Translations under genes and position numbers: made by a program
Shown: piece after piece, positions 49,430 through 58,230 of the stretch
Layout: every line of letters starts with the position of its first letter
Position numbering within the stretch: the first letter of the stretch is position 1
The notes under the pieces: model-generated
Databases searched by the model: none
What the model was told of the DNA's origin: nothing
What the model saw: the letters and a program-made list of their open reading frames with translations, nothing else
NCBI GenBank assembly: GCA_015063285.1
Contig: SUST01000005.1
Location: forward strand, 20,063 to 84,062
DNA: 64,000 nucleotides
Direction of reading: 5' to 3'
Source: Thermoplasmata archaeon
GTDB lineage: Archaea; Thermoplasmatota; Thermoplasmata; Methanomassiliicoccales; Methanomethylophilaceae

Positions 49430-50424
49430 TCGTCAAGGATCCGAATGCGATACCCGATAAGTGGGGGAAGAAACCCTCAGATCGTTCTGTAGGGGAGTTG
49501 CTGAAAGGCGGCGTGATAATCCTTGATAAGCCTTCAGGACCCACCTCCCATCAGGCCACAGCCTGGGTCAGGGATGCGCTCAAAGCGGATAAGGTGGGAC
49601 ACGGAGGTACGCTCGACCCATACGTCAGCGGGGTGCTGCCGGTTACGTTGGGAAAGGCCACTCGTCTTACGGACATCGTCCTTTCCTCCGACAAGGAATA
49701 CATCTGTCTGATGAGACTTCACGGCGACCGTCCGGAGGACAGGATAAGGAAGGTCTTCTCCGAATTCGTGGGGAAGATCTATCAGCTGCCGCCTGTAAGG
49801 TCATCCATCAAACGCCAGCTGAGGATACGCACCATCAAGGAGCTGGAGATCCTGGACATCAAAGGAAGGGATGTCCTGTTCAGGATGGAATGCGATGCAG
49901 GCACCTACGCCAGGACTCTCTGTGTGGATATCGGAGACGTACTAGGATGCGGAGCGAACATGGTCGAGCTCAGACGTACCCGTTCAGGCAAGATGACGGA
50001 GGCCCGCGCCCACACGCTTCACGACATCAAAGATGCATATGTATTCTGGCAGCAGAACGGCCGTGAGGATTGGCTGAGGAGCATGATAATGCCCATGGAG
50101 GTATTAGTCGAACCACTGCCCAAAGTCGTCGTCAAGGCCACGGCAGTGGATGCCGTATGCCACGGCGCCGATCTGAACATCCAGGGTATCCATATGCTCG
50201 ATGAGGACATTCGCAAGAATGCCCTCGTCGCTATGATGACAGCAAGAGGGGAGCTCATAGCTATCGGTAAGATGGCGATGTCGACCTCCAAGATCATGGC
50301 GACCTCGCAGGGAAAAGCCGTGGACACCGAGAGGGTGTTCATGGACGAGGGACATTATCCCAAGATGTGGAAGTACTCCACGGACCTTGAGGAACTGAAG
50401 ACCGAACCCGAGTTCCTTTACTGA
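49426..50424 (+). CDS. cbf5: H/ACA RNA-guided pseudouridine synthase Cbf5
   Basis: LDKPSGPTSHQ, GHGGTLDP, GTYART, PUA domain. Confidence 0.95.
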   Translation: MIVKDPNAIPDKWGKKPSDRSVGELLKGGVIILDKPSGPTSHQATAWVRDALKADKVGHGGTLDPYVSGVLPVTLGKATRLTDIVLSSDKEYICLMRLHGDRPEDRIRKVFSEFVGKIYQLPPVRSSIKRQLRIRTIKELEILDIKGRDVLFRMECDAGTYARTLCVDIGDVLGCGANMVELRRTRSGKMTEARAHTLHDIKDAYVFWQQNGREDWLRSMIMPMEVLVEPLPKVVVKATAVDAVCHGADLNIQGIHMLDEDIRKNALVAMMTARGELIAIGKMAMSTSKIMATSQGKAVDTERVFMDEGHYPKMWKYSTDLEELKTEPEFLY

Positions 50425-50499
50425 GATCTTTTCTTCCGAATCAGGGCCACGCCCCAATAATTACTATATCTGACGGATGCGATTCAGAGGTCGATCGTC

Positions 50500-50838
50500 A
50501 TGTCGTTTTTCGATAAGAGGACACAGGTCTACGGCCCGGAGACATTCGTCGTCGGGGAGTTCGATCCCACCGCGGACGGCTTGTACCGTAACGTGTACCC
50601 TGTCGAGCTGACGGTCAAACCAAACCATGTGCTGTATGTCAGCGTCAAGGCTGACAACCCCGTTGATATCGTCATAGCGAAAGAGGATGGGTCAGCGGTC
50701 CAGCACAAGGATAAGCAGAAGGAAATCGTGATGGGGCCGTTCCCCACGGAGAAGCACAGGAGCATGGGTGTGATCCTCGGTGTGTTCCGCGGCGATAAGT
50801 CCACAGTGACACTCGAAGCGTGGATGGAGAGGAAATGA
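50500..50838 (+). CDS. Conserved hypothetical protein (small beta-sandwich)
   Basis: ATG start, host-like codon usage, ATGA overlap with next gene. Confidence 0.7.
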   Translation: MSFFDKRTQVYGPETFVVGEFDPTADGLYRNVYPVELTVKPNHVLYVSVKADNPVDIVIAKEDGSAVQHKDKQKEIVMGPFPTEKHRSMGVILGVFRGDKSTVTLEAWMERK

Positions 50839-51932
50839 AGATCACGAAGACAGAGGAGAAGAAGGTCACCTTCGACGGAGATGTCAAGAGGATAAACCTC
50901 CTCCGTAAGAACGACACGATAGTAGGGCTTCTGTTCCTGGGATTGCTAGCAGTATCATTCATTGCCTTCCTGGTGCTGGCCGGGACAGAGGAATTCACAG
51001 TTTATACCGCATTGCCGGTCATGGCCCTGCCGTTCTTCGTCATCGGAGTGATATTCTATGTCGTGAACCGCAGGTTCATAGCCGCTGGAGTGATCCTGGT
51101 ATTGTCCCTCATCGCGTACCTCATAATGCCTGACAGCGTCCTGTTCATACTGTACCTGTTGGTATGTGCAGAGGGTGTGGCGATGGTAGTCGAGATCTTC
51201 CAGAGGCTGATCTTCTATGAGATCCTATCAAGGATAGAACAGGTCAATGTGAAGGAGAAGATGGACATCATCGACAAGATAATCGTATTCTTCTTCAACA
51301 TCCCTGTCGATCTGGACACCCGTAATCTGAAGATAGAGGCCGATCTTTCCAGGAACAAGCTGCCGGTGAATGACATGATCTCCTGCATGATCATCTCCGT
51401 GCTCTTCTGCATGTTCCTGTGGATCTATGTGGTCCTCAATCCTCTGGTCACCTGGGATACCAAGGGCGTTCCGATCTACACCTTCACCATCATCCTGTAC
51501 ATCTCTGCTGCAGTCATGCCTTGGACGGTATTCAGCACCGTGAACGCCAGGATCGAGAGCGACTATCGTTCGTTCAAGCTGTACGACGGTTTCATGGAGA
51601 CCTTCAAGAGGATGTTCCTGCCGGCATTTGCCGCGGTCGTGTTCCTGATCTTTGCATTGTATACAGGGCCGGAGAATCTGTTCTATATACTGATGTCCCT
51701 GGTCATGATCATAGTCATGACCATCTTCACATCTGCGATGTATTTCACCAGCAATGAGCTGGGCATGGTGAATGACATCCTTGACAAATGGGGAGAATTC
51801 CATCCCACGGAGATCTACTCCGGATTCGATTCTGTCCGCAGGAAATCATCTTACAACGATGATATCCCCGGTACACCCAGAAGGAGTCCCTCGGAGTGCT
51901 TCGCTGTCGATCTCAAATCTCGGGTCCGTTGA
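50835..51932 (+). CDS. Polytopic membrane hypothetical protein
   Basis: Multiple hydrophobic segments; start placed at ATG 50835. Confidence 0.7.
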   Translation: MKITKTEEKKVTFDGDVKRINLLRKNDTIVGLLFLGLLAVSFIAFLVLAGTEEFTVYTALPVMALPFFVIGVIFYVVNRRFIAAGVILVLSLIAYLIMPDSVLFILYLLVCAEGVAMVVEIFQRLIFYEILSRIEQVNVKEKMDIIDKIIVFFFNIPVDLDTRNLKIEADLSRNKLPVNDMISCMIISVLFCMFLWIYVVLNPLVTWDTKGVPIYTFTIILYISAAVMPWTVFSTVNARIESDYRSFKLYDGFMETFKRMFLPAFAAVVFLIFALYTGPENLFYILMSLVMIIVMTIFTSAMYFTSNELGMVNDILDKWGEFHPTEIYSGFDSVRRKSSYNDDIPGTPRRSPSECFAVDLKSRVR

Positions 51933-52356
51933 ACTTCTGATTGAGACGGCCGGGTGAAGCCAGAGAGTTGATGATTGGTAGGAATACCTGACCGGATGAC
52001 ATTCCTGGGGTCTTGTTGAGACCTATGAGTTCGGGCTCATGGTAGTTGGTGATGATGACCTGATATCTCTGGACGTCCTTCTCGATCTCGACCACGGGAA
52101 CCTCAAGTGCCTTGAGAATGTCCAGCGTTGTGTCGGCCATCGATTGGATCTGCTCCGGTGTGATGTCGTCGCTGAGCCTTATGAAGAATGTGTGTTCCAG
52201 CGTCTGTGCGTTGAAAAGGTATTCGACCTCGGAGGCCTGAAGGATCTCCTTGAAGAGCTTCCCTTTTTCATCATCAGGGGTCAGTTCAAGCATTCCTTTC
52301 TTCCATGTTTCGGGAATATCGATGTAAATCGCTTCTTTTCCGAGGATCTTCCACAT
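51913..52356 (-). CDS. Hypothetical protein
   Basis: 147-aa ORF with host-like composition; short convergent overlap with the upstream gene. Confidence 0.55.
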   Translation of the reverse strand: MWKILGKEAIYIDIPETWKKGMLELTPDDEKGKLFKEILQASEVEYLFNAQTLEHTFFIRLSDDITPEQIQSMADTTLDILKALEVPVVEIEKDVQRYQVIITNYHEPELIGLNKTPGMSSGQVFLPIINSLASPGRLNQKFNGPEI

Positions 52357-52386
52357 GATTGGTGGATGATTGAGGAGGTATAAGGC

Positions 52387-52911
52387 TCAATCGTTTTCAC
52401 GGTACTTGAAGTGATATTCATAACTATTATCGATCGGTCTGAGGAAACAAAGCCTGATCCACCATTTTATCGGGGGCAGTTCCGTCATGGGCGGTATGTA
52501 ATACGACCTGACGGAAGGGATCATGAGTATGAGGATGGAGATCGCAGAGAAGAGGATAATCTCTTCAAAGGACAGGAGGTTTATGAAATCATCCCCAAGG
52601 TACTGATAGGTGAGGTTTGCCAGGACCATGAAGACTATGGATCTTATCGACGCTCTCCACGCATACCTGTCGGCGGATGGCAATCCGAACATCGTCTTGA
52701 TCAGTAGGACTGAGGATATTATGGACATCGCGATCATCGTAAGGATTTGTACCTCTTCTGCCAGGTCCAATTCTGTATAGGGATCAATGATGAATGTCGC
52801 TATGGAGAAGACAATGAGATTACGCAGGATTGCGAAAGCTATGAACACCTCCACGACGAGCAGGATCGGTGGCATGCCGATCGCTTCCCTGAGTTTTCTC
52901 ATCACACCCAT
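52387..52911 (-). CDS. Small membrane hypothetical protein
   Basis: About 4 TM segments; start placed at ATG 52911 to avoid overlap with the divergent gene. Confidence 0.6.
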   Translation of the reverse strand: MGVMRKLREAIGMPPILLVVEVFIAFAILRNLIVFSIATFIIDPYTELDLAEEVQILTMIAMSIISSVLLIKTMFGLPSADRYAWRASIRSIVFMVLANLTYQYLGDDFINLLSFEEIILFSAISILILMIPSVRSYYIPPMTELPPIKWWIRLCFLRPIDNSYEYHFKYREND

Positions 52912-52954
52912 GTTGGCGATATCAATATCTATGTATAGAAAAATTAACCGACTC

Positions 52955-53824
52955 ATGGGCATTCCTGGCGCGGATAGGTTTTTGAACTGTGTTCTTCACC
53001 GCAGCGACAGGGATGTGGTTTTGAGCTTTGTGGTTACGATCATCGCAGTTATCGGGGTTCCTGGACTCATCGTATGGGAGTTAGCTTCGATATATTTGGA
53101 ATATGAAGTTGTCCCTCATAGCATTGTCGAATTCTACATCTACACCCTTTTCATGAGTATCCTGATAGCTTTCTTTTCATTCTGGCTGGTGTTTGCGCTT
53201 CACCGCCATCATGAACGAGATGTCGAGTGGGAAGCATCCTTGACGGAGTACGCTGAGGGGCAGGGTAAGAACACCATCGCGATGGAGGCCCTCACCAAGG
53301 AGATGGACAGGATCGTGAATCCTAGAGTCTTCTGGATAGCCCTCGTTTTGTTCGTGATAATAGTCATTTCCAATCTTCTCCAGGGAATCTTCTACCTCTT
53401 CATGTCAGATGAGCTAGTTTTCATACTGGAGAGTTTTACCATTGCTTATGTGGCTTTATCAATGAGTCTGATAGACCTTTATGTTTTGGACAGGATACAA
53501 AAGATAGACTCCATACAGAGCAGATTCACTCAGTCCTTCTCGGATTCCATGGTCAACGAGGTTCCCGTTATCGGTACTATGAACGAGAGGAAGAAGCAGC
53601 ATCTGTGGCCCCATGCATTACTGATGGCAGTCACCCTCGGTTTGTACGGATTATTCTTCATTATCTGGGTAGCCCACACGATGAACGATCACATTAAGAA
53701 ACAGTGGACCTATGAGCGTGAAGTTGTGGAATGGATGATGGCAAAGGATAATGTGGATTCCATAGATGTAAGCATCACTCCCAGGAAACTGAATCTTCTT
53801 GAGAAAATCTACCGTTTCGTATAA
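52955..53824 (+). CDS. Membrane hypothetical protein
   Basis: TM segments with an internally repeated H..RD/H.KKQW.YE motif; start at ATG 52955. Confidence 0.65.
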   Translation: MGIPGADRFLNCVLHRSDRDVVLSFVVTIIAVIGVPGLIVWELASIYLEYEVVPHSIVEFYIYTLFMSILIAFFSFWLVFALHRHHERDVEWEASLTEYAEGQGKNTIAMEALTKEMDRIVNPRVFWIALVLFVIIVISNLLQGIFYLFMSDELVFILESFTIAYVALSMSLIDLYVLDRIQKIDSIQSRFTQSFSDSMVNEVPVIGTMNERKKQHLWPHALLMAVTLGLYGLFFIIWVAHTMNDHIKKQWTYEREVVEWMMAKDNVDSIDVSITPRKLNLLEKIYRFV

Positions 53825-53952
53825 CTATCAACATACGCCTAGCAGGTATGTTTCTGAGGAAAATTATCTAAATACCTGACGGTCTCGGCATTAGGCATCC
53901 TCTAAGGAACACGCGCGTTATTTTATAAAGAATCACGAGATAACCCGCATTC

Positions 53953-55074
53953 ATGCCAGAGGAATTCACCGTTACCCCATGGGAGGTCAAGGGCGAGATC
54001 GACTACGATCTTCTGATGCAGAAGTTCGGTACCAGCCCCATAGACGACGCTCTCCTGGATAGGCTGTCCGGTTATGGAGATCTGCACCCGATGCTCAAAC
54101 GCGGCATCTTCTACACCCACAGGGACATGCTCTGGCTGCTCAACGAGTACGACAAGGGGAACAGGTTCACCATCTACACCGGAAGGGGACCATCCGGGAA
54201 CACCCATCTCGGACACCTTATGCCCTGGATGTTCAATAAATGGATGCAGGATACATTCGGTGTCAACATGATCTTCCAGATGACGAACGATGAGAAGTTC
54301 CTGTTCAAGGACCTCACTCTGGAAGACACAACATCTATGGCCTACCAGAACGCACTCGACTTCATAGCGTTGGGATTCGATCCCAAGAAGACCAAGATCA
54401 TAGTCAACACGAAGAACATAGACAAGCTGTACCCTGTGGCGCTGAGCGTGGCAAAGAAAATCACGTTCTCTACTGCGAAGGCGGTCTTCGGTTTTGACAA
54501 TTCAACGAATATCGGTTCGATATTCTTCACAGCGATGCAGTCTGCACCCGCATTCCTGCCGTCGGTGGATGCCGGCAAACAGGTGCCTGTGGTCATCCCC
54601 TGCGGAATCGATCAGGACCCGCACTTCAGGGTCTGCAGGGACGTAGCTCCGGGATTGGGATTCCCCAAACCCTCCCTCATATGCTGCAAGATGATGCCGG
54701 GCCTTTCCGGAGGGGACAAGATGTCCTCATCCGACGAGAACGCCACCATTTACACCACCGACACCCCCAAGCAGGTGAAGAAGAAGGTCGGAAGGGCGTT
54801 CACCGGCGGTTGCGTCAGCGTAGAGGAGCAGAGGGAGAAGGGAGGCAATCCCGAGGTCTGCGCTGTCTTCAAGTACAATTATTTCATGTTCGAGCACAGC
54901 GACGAGGAGCTCAACGAGCTCGCTCGCAAGTGCCGCAACGGAGAGATCCTCTGCGGGGAGTGCAAGATGTGCCTCACGCAGAAGATCAACGTCTTCCTCG
55001 AGGAACATCAGGACAAGAGGGAGAAGGCGAAGGATGTCATCGCCGATATGGCGTACGATGGTTTCGAATGGTGA
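53953..55074 (+). CDS. trpS: Tryptophanyl-tRNA synthetase (archaeal type)
   Basis: YTGRGPSGNTHLGH, GIDQDPHFR, KMSSS. Confidence 0.96.
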   Translation: MPEEFTVTPWEVKGEIDYDLLMQKFGTSPIDDALLDRLSGYGDLHPMLKRGIFYTHRDMLWLLNEYDKGNRFTIYTGRGPSGNTHLGHLMPWMFNKWMQDTFGVNMIFQMTNDEKFLFKDLTLEDTTSMAYQNALDFIALGFDPKKTKIIVNTKNIDKLYPVALSVAKKITFSTAKAVFGFDNSTNIGSIFFTAMQSAPAFLPSVDAGKQVPVVIPCGIDQDPHFRVCRDVAPGLGFPKPSLICCKMMPGLSGGDKMSSSDENATIYTTDTPKQVKKKVGRAFTGGCVSVEEQREKGGNPEVCAVFKYNYFMFEHSDEELNELARKCRNGEILCGECKMCLTQKINVFLEEHQDKREKAKDVIADMAYDGFEW

Positions 55075-55078
55075 TCTC

Positions 55079-56599
55079 ATGGTCGACGCAGAGATTCTGG
55101 AAGGATTGAGCTATAACGAGAAGAAGCTGCTGCTTGCACTTAATGCATGCAATGGTGTCGCCTCTCCGGCGGACCTTATAACCGGCGGACAGTTCGCTCT
55201 GGAAGTGGAGATCATGAATGCGGCCTCATGGCTTGAGTCCAAGGGGCTGGCGAAGATCAATGAGGAATCTGAGAAGTTCATCATACTCACTGACGAATCC
55301 ATAATCAAGTCAGGTCTGCCCGAGAGGGTCGCTATCAAAGCTATTGATGCGGCCGGCGGGAAGATAGACATGGATGCCTTGGCCGCCCAGATGACAGGCG
55401 GAATGGATAAGGTAGCAGTAGGATGGCTGAAGAGGAAGGCCTTAGCCGACATAGTTACCGAAGGGGATGTGAAATATCTCGTCCTCACCGACAAGGGAAA
55501 GGAAGCATTGGGCATCGAGATGCCTGAGGAAGCACTCCTCGCAAAGCTCTCTCAGAACCCCGTATCCGAGGAGGATGCGGACAAGAATGCGGTCAAGGAT
55601 CTGAAGGGAAGGAAGGGGATAATCGGTGAGAAGGTTGTCACCACCAGGACACTTGCCCTTACGGATCTTGGAAAGGAGTACGCAGGTTCAGGCCTCGAGC
55701 TCAAACCTCAGATAACGGAGATCACTGACCGTCTCATCCAATCGGGAGAATGGAAGAATGCCGAGTTCAGGAAATATGATATCCAGACCTTCGCACCCTC
55801 GATCGTACCGGCTAAGAAGCACCCGCTGTCCAGACTCGGAGCGCAGATCAGGAGGATGTTCACCGACATGGGATTCACCGAGATGTCATCCGAATACGTC
55901 CAGCCCTCATTCTGGAATCTGGATGTGCTCTTCACGCCTCAGGACCACCCTGCAAGGGACCTTCAGGACACATTCTATCTTTCCAATCCTAAATCCATCC
56001 ACATCGATGATGAGGAACTGGTCGAGAAGATCAGGAACATCCACGAGAACGGAGGGGACACGGGTTCCACCGGATGGGGAGGAAAATGGTCCAGGGAGAT
56101 GGCTGAATCGGCTCTCCTGAGGACTCATAGCACATGCTCGAGCATCAGGTACATCGCAGCTCATCCGGATGCTCCGCAGAAGGCATTCTCCATCTCCAGG
56201 ATATTCAGGAACGAATCCATCGATTCGACACACCTTCCTGAATTCACTCAAATCGAAGGTATCGTCATCGATGAGAATGCGGATTTCGACATGCTCATCT
56301 CCTTGATCAAGGAGTTCTACGACAAGATGGGATTCGATCAGGTTCGCATCCGTCCCGCTTACTTCCCCTATACCGAGCCTTCGCTCGAGATAGAGGTATT
56401 CTTCAACGGGAAATGGATGGAGCTCGGGGGAGCAGGTATGTTCAGGCCCGAGGTATTGGCGCCTTTCGGAGTCAAGACACCCGTTCTTGCATGGGGATTC
56501 GGATTCGAGAGACTGGCCATGCTCAAATGGGACATCAGGGACATCAGGGATCTGTACATCTCAGACCTGGATTCCTTGAAGAAGAACACTGTTTTCTGA
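55079..56599 (+). CDS. pheS: Phenylalanyl-tRNA synthetase alpha subunit
   Basis: QDHPARDLQDTFY, LRTHST, FRNESIDSTHLPEF, YFPYTEPS, GFGFERL. Confidence 0.96.
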   Translation: MVDAEILEGLSYNEKKLLLALNACNGVASPADLITGGQFALEVEIMNAASWLESKGLAKINEESEKFIILTDESIIKSGLPERVAIKAIDAAGGKIDMDALAAQMTGGMDKVAVGWLKRKALADIVTEGDVKYLVLTDKGKEALGIEMPEEALLAKLSQNPVSEEDADKNAVKDLKGRKGIIGEKVVTTRTLALTDLGKEYAGSGLELKPQITEITDRLIQSGEWKNAEFRKYDIQTFAPSIVPAKKHPLSRLGAQIRRMFTDMGFTEMSSEYVQPSFWNLDVLFTPQDHPARDLQDTFYLSNPKSIHIDDEELVEKIRNIHENGGDTGSTGWGGKWSREMAESALLRTHSTCSSIRYIAAHPDAPQKAFSISRIFRNESIDSTHLPEFTQIEGIVIDENADFDMLISLIKEFYDKMGFDQVRIRPAYFPYTEPSLEIEVFFNGKWMELGGAGMFRPEVLAPFGVKTPVLAWGFGFERLAMLKWDIRDIRDLYISDLDSLKKNTVF

Positions 56600-57787
56600 T
56601 TCGGCCCTTTCTTTCAGGGCGAGGAGGGAAGCCCTCCTCTTCATATTCCTTGTGAATGAAACCGCCGCATCGATCAGGATGCTGGCGGCACAGTATTCCC
56701 TCATACATATCTGAGCAGTCGCTTCATACATCAGCAGCTCATCGAGACGGAAGACGCAGCCTTCCGATATCATGCGCTCCTTGGTCCTTTCCAGACATTC
56801 TATCGTATCTTCGAAATGACTCGTCTCCAAAAGGCACATCCCAAGCACGAGTCCGGTGTCAACATCTCCGTTGTAATGGTATCTGGCCAACGTCAGTGCC
56901 TCTTCGGATTGGCTTCTCTTGAGAAGCAGTTCGCATCTCAGACCTCTTCCTTTCGGAGGATCTATATGCAGAAGCTTTGCAGAAAGGTTGTCTGCCATCT
57001 GCAAGTCGTCAACCTCCAAGGCGATCCTGGTCGCAGTCTCGATGATGTCCGAACGTTCGGATCTCAAGGCCAGAGCTCCTAGCGAATTAGACAGATCTTG
57101 ATCGGGGTTGTCCATGAGCATATACTTTTGGTTCCTGGCGATTCTCATTGCCTCTCTGTCCCTGAACGAACTCACCAGATGATGGAGCCTTTCCTTGATG
57201 TCAGCATCGTGGTCCATGCACCAATCGGCCGCTTTGCTATGCCATCTTCTGATCTCTATAGGGGAGGCCTCGGTGATGATGATCTTCCTGATGCTGTCCT
57301 TCATTACCGCATAGCTTTGCCTGATGATCGGAACAAGCGGAGATTCCAAAGGCACATCTTCTTTTCTGACTTTTACACGCAGTACTGCCATGCACCCGAG
57401 GTCGTCCATCCTGTCCCCTGTTATTCGTCTGATGTCCTCCAATCTGTACCTGTCTATGCCCTTCACGAGGTCCTCTACATCCGTTCCGCTCTCTTTCAGT
57501 TCTTTCACTCTGGCCTTGAACAGGTTCTTCCCGCATTCGCTGAGAAGATATATCTTCCTCTTAGCGGATCTGTTTGAATCCTTGATCGAGGAGAGGCCAA
57601 CGATGATCTCGTTGTTCTCTTCCATCCTTCTCAGGATGATGTTGGAATGGCCGCGGGATACCCCTATGCCCATGGCTATCCCATCTTGGGTTATCTCGAA
57701 AGGTGCATCGAATTCGATATCGGATCTGATGTAATTGTATCTGAAAAGGTGTGCAGATATCCTGTCGTGGTTGGTTATTTCCTTCAT
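56561..57787 (-). CDS. Winged-HTH plus TPR-like helical-repeat protein
   Basis: ITQDGIAMGIGVSRGHSNIILRRM wHTH; alpha-helical repeat C-terminus. Confidence 0.65.
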   Translation of the reverse strand: MKEITNHDRISAHLFRYNYIRSDIEFDAPFEITQDGIAMGIGVSRGHSNIILRRMEENNEIIVGLSSIKDSNRSAKRKIYLLSECGKNLFKARVKELKESGTDVEDLVKGIDRYRLEDIRRITGDRMDDLGCMAVLRVKVRKEDVPLESPLVPIIRQSYAVMKDSIRKIIITEASPIEIRRWHSKAADWCMDHDADIKERLHHLVSSFRDREAMRIARNQKYMLMDNPDQDLSNSLGALALRSERSDIIETATRIALEVDDLQMADNLSAKLLHIDPPKGRGLRCELLLKRSQSEEALTLARYHYNGDVDTGLVLGMCLLETSHFEDTIECLERTKERMISEGCVFRLDELLMYEATAQICMREYCAASILIDAAVSFTRNMKRRASLLALKERAESENSVLLQGIQV

Positions 57788-57818
57788 TGACCCGAATGCA
57801 TTATCGTAGGTTATAATC

Positions 57819-57848
57819 TGTCCTCGACATTCTAAGGTTTTTAGATGT
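57819..57848. repeat. 30-bp direct repeat, copy 1
   Basis: TGTCCTCGACATTCTAAGGTTTTTAGATGT; identical copy at 58172-58201. Confidence 0.95.
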
Positions 57849-57877
57849 AGTGGTAATGATTAACGAATCGTCCGATG

Positions 57878-57886
57878 TTTTATAAA
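57878..57886 (+). promoter_or_regulatory. TATA box, putative antisense RNA promoter
   Basis: TTTTATAAA about 24-32 nt upstream of GGACGCAGA at 57910. Confidence 0.45.
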
Positions 57887-57920
57887 CCGGGCACTCAATT
57901 TATAATTAAGGACGCAGAGT

Positions 57921-57938
57921 AGACCCCCGAAGGGGTCT
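57921..57938 (-). terminator. UUCG-capped hairpin after small ORF
   Basis: Minus strand AGACCCC-TTCG-GGGGTCT, 19 nt after the peptide stop codon. Confidence 0.55.
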
Positions 57939-57957
57939 TGGTTTATTATGGAATGAA

Positions 57958-58050
57958 TCATCTCAGAAACTCAGACAGCGTCCGAATTACTGAGAGGACC
58001 AGAAGTGCTTTGGGAATACGCGGCTTCTGGTCCTTGCCTACATCAGGCAT
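57958..58050 (-). CDS. 30-aa amphipathic peptide, type I toxin-like
   Basis: GGAGGTG SD (58064-58058), 7-nt spacer, ATG 58050; MPDVGKDQKPRIPKALLVLSVIRTLSEFLR, TGA at 57960-57958. Confidence 0.65.
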   Translation of the reverse strand: MPDVGKDQKPRIPKALLVLSVIRTLSEFLR

Positions 58051-58171
58051 TTATTAACACCTCCTGTAGCTATAGGACAGAGAGACGGAAACCCATCACT
58101 TCCAGGAAATCTGTCATGTGACGGATTTCCTTCTGCGTCCAGAACCATACTATCTGAGCGTGTAAATAAGG

Positions 58172-58201
58172 TGTCCTCGACATTCTAAGGTTTTTAGATG
58201 T
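58172..58201. repeat. 30-bp direct repeat, copy 2
   Basis: Identical to 57819-57848. Confidence 0.95.
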
Positions 58202-58230
58202 TTCATATTCTAACGGAAAGCGAATGATTT

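Noticed and set aside
57910-58140. MITE bounded by 9-bp terminal inverted repeats
   Set aside because: No target-site duplication flanks the arms; TATA spacing and the SD-led ORF fit a transcript better. Not fully excluded.
57819-58201. CRISPR mini-array interpretation of the 30-bp repeats
   Set aside because: Only two copies, with a 323-bp interior far above spacer length; no cas genes in the window.
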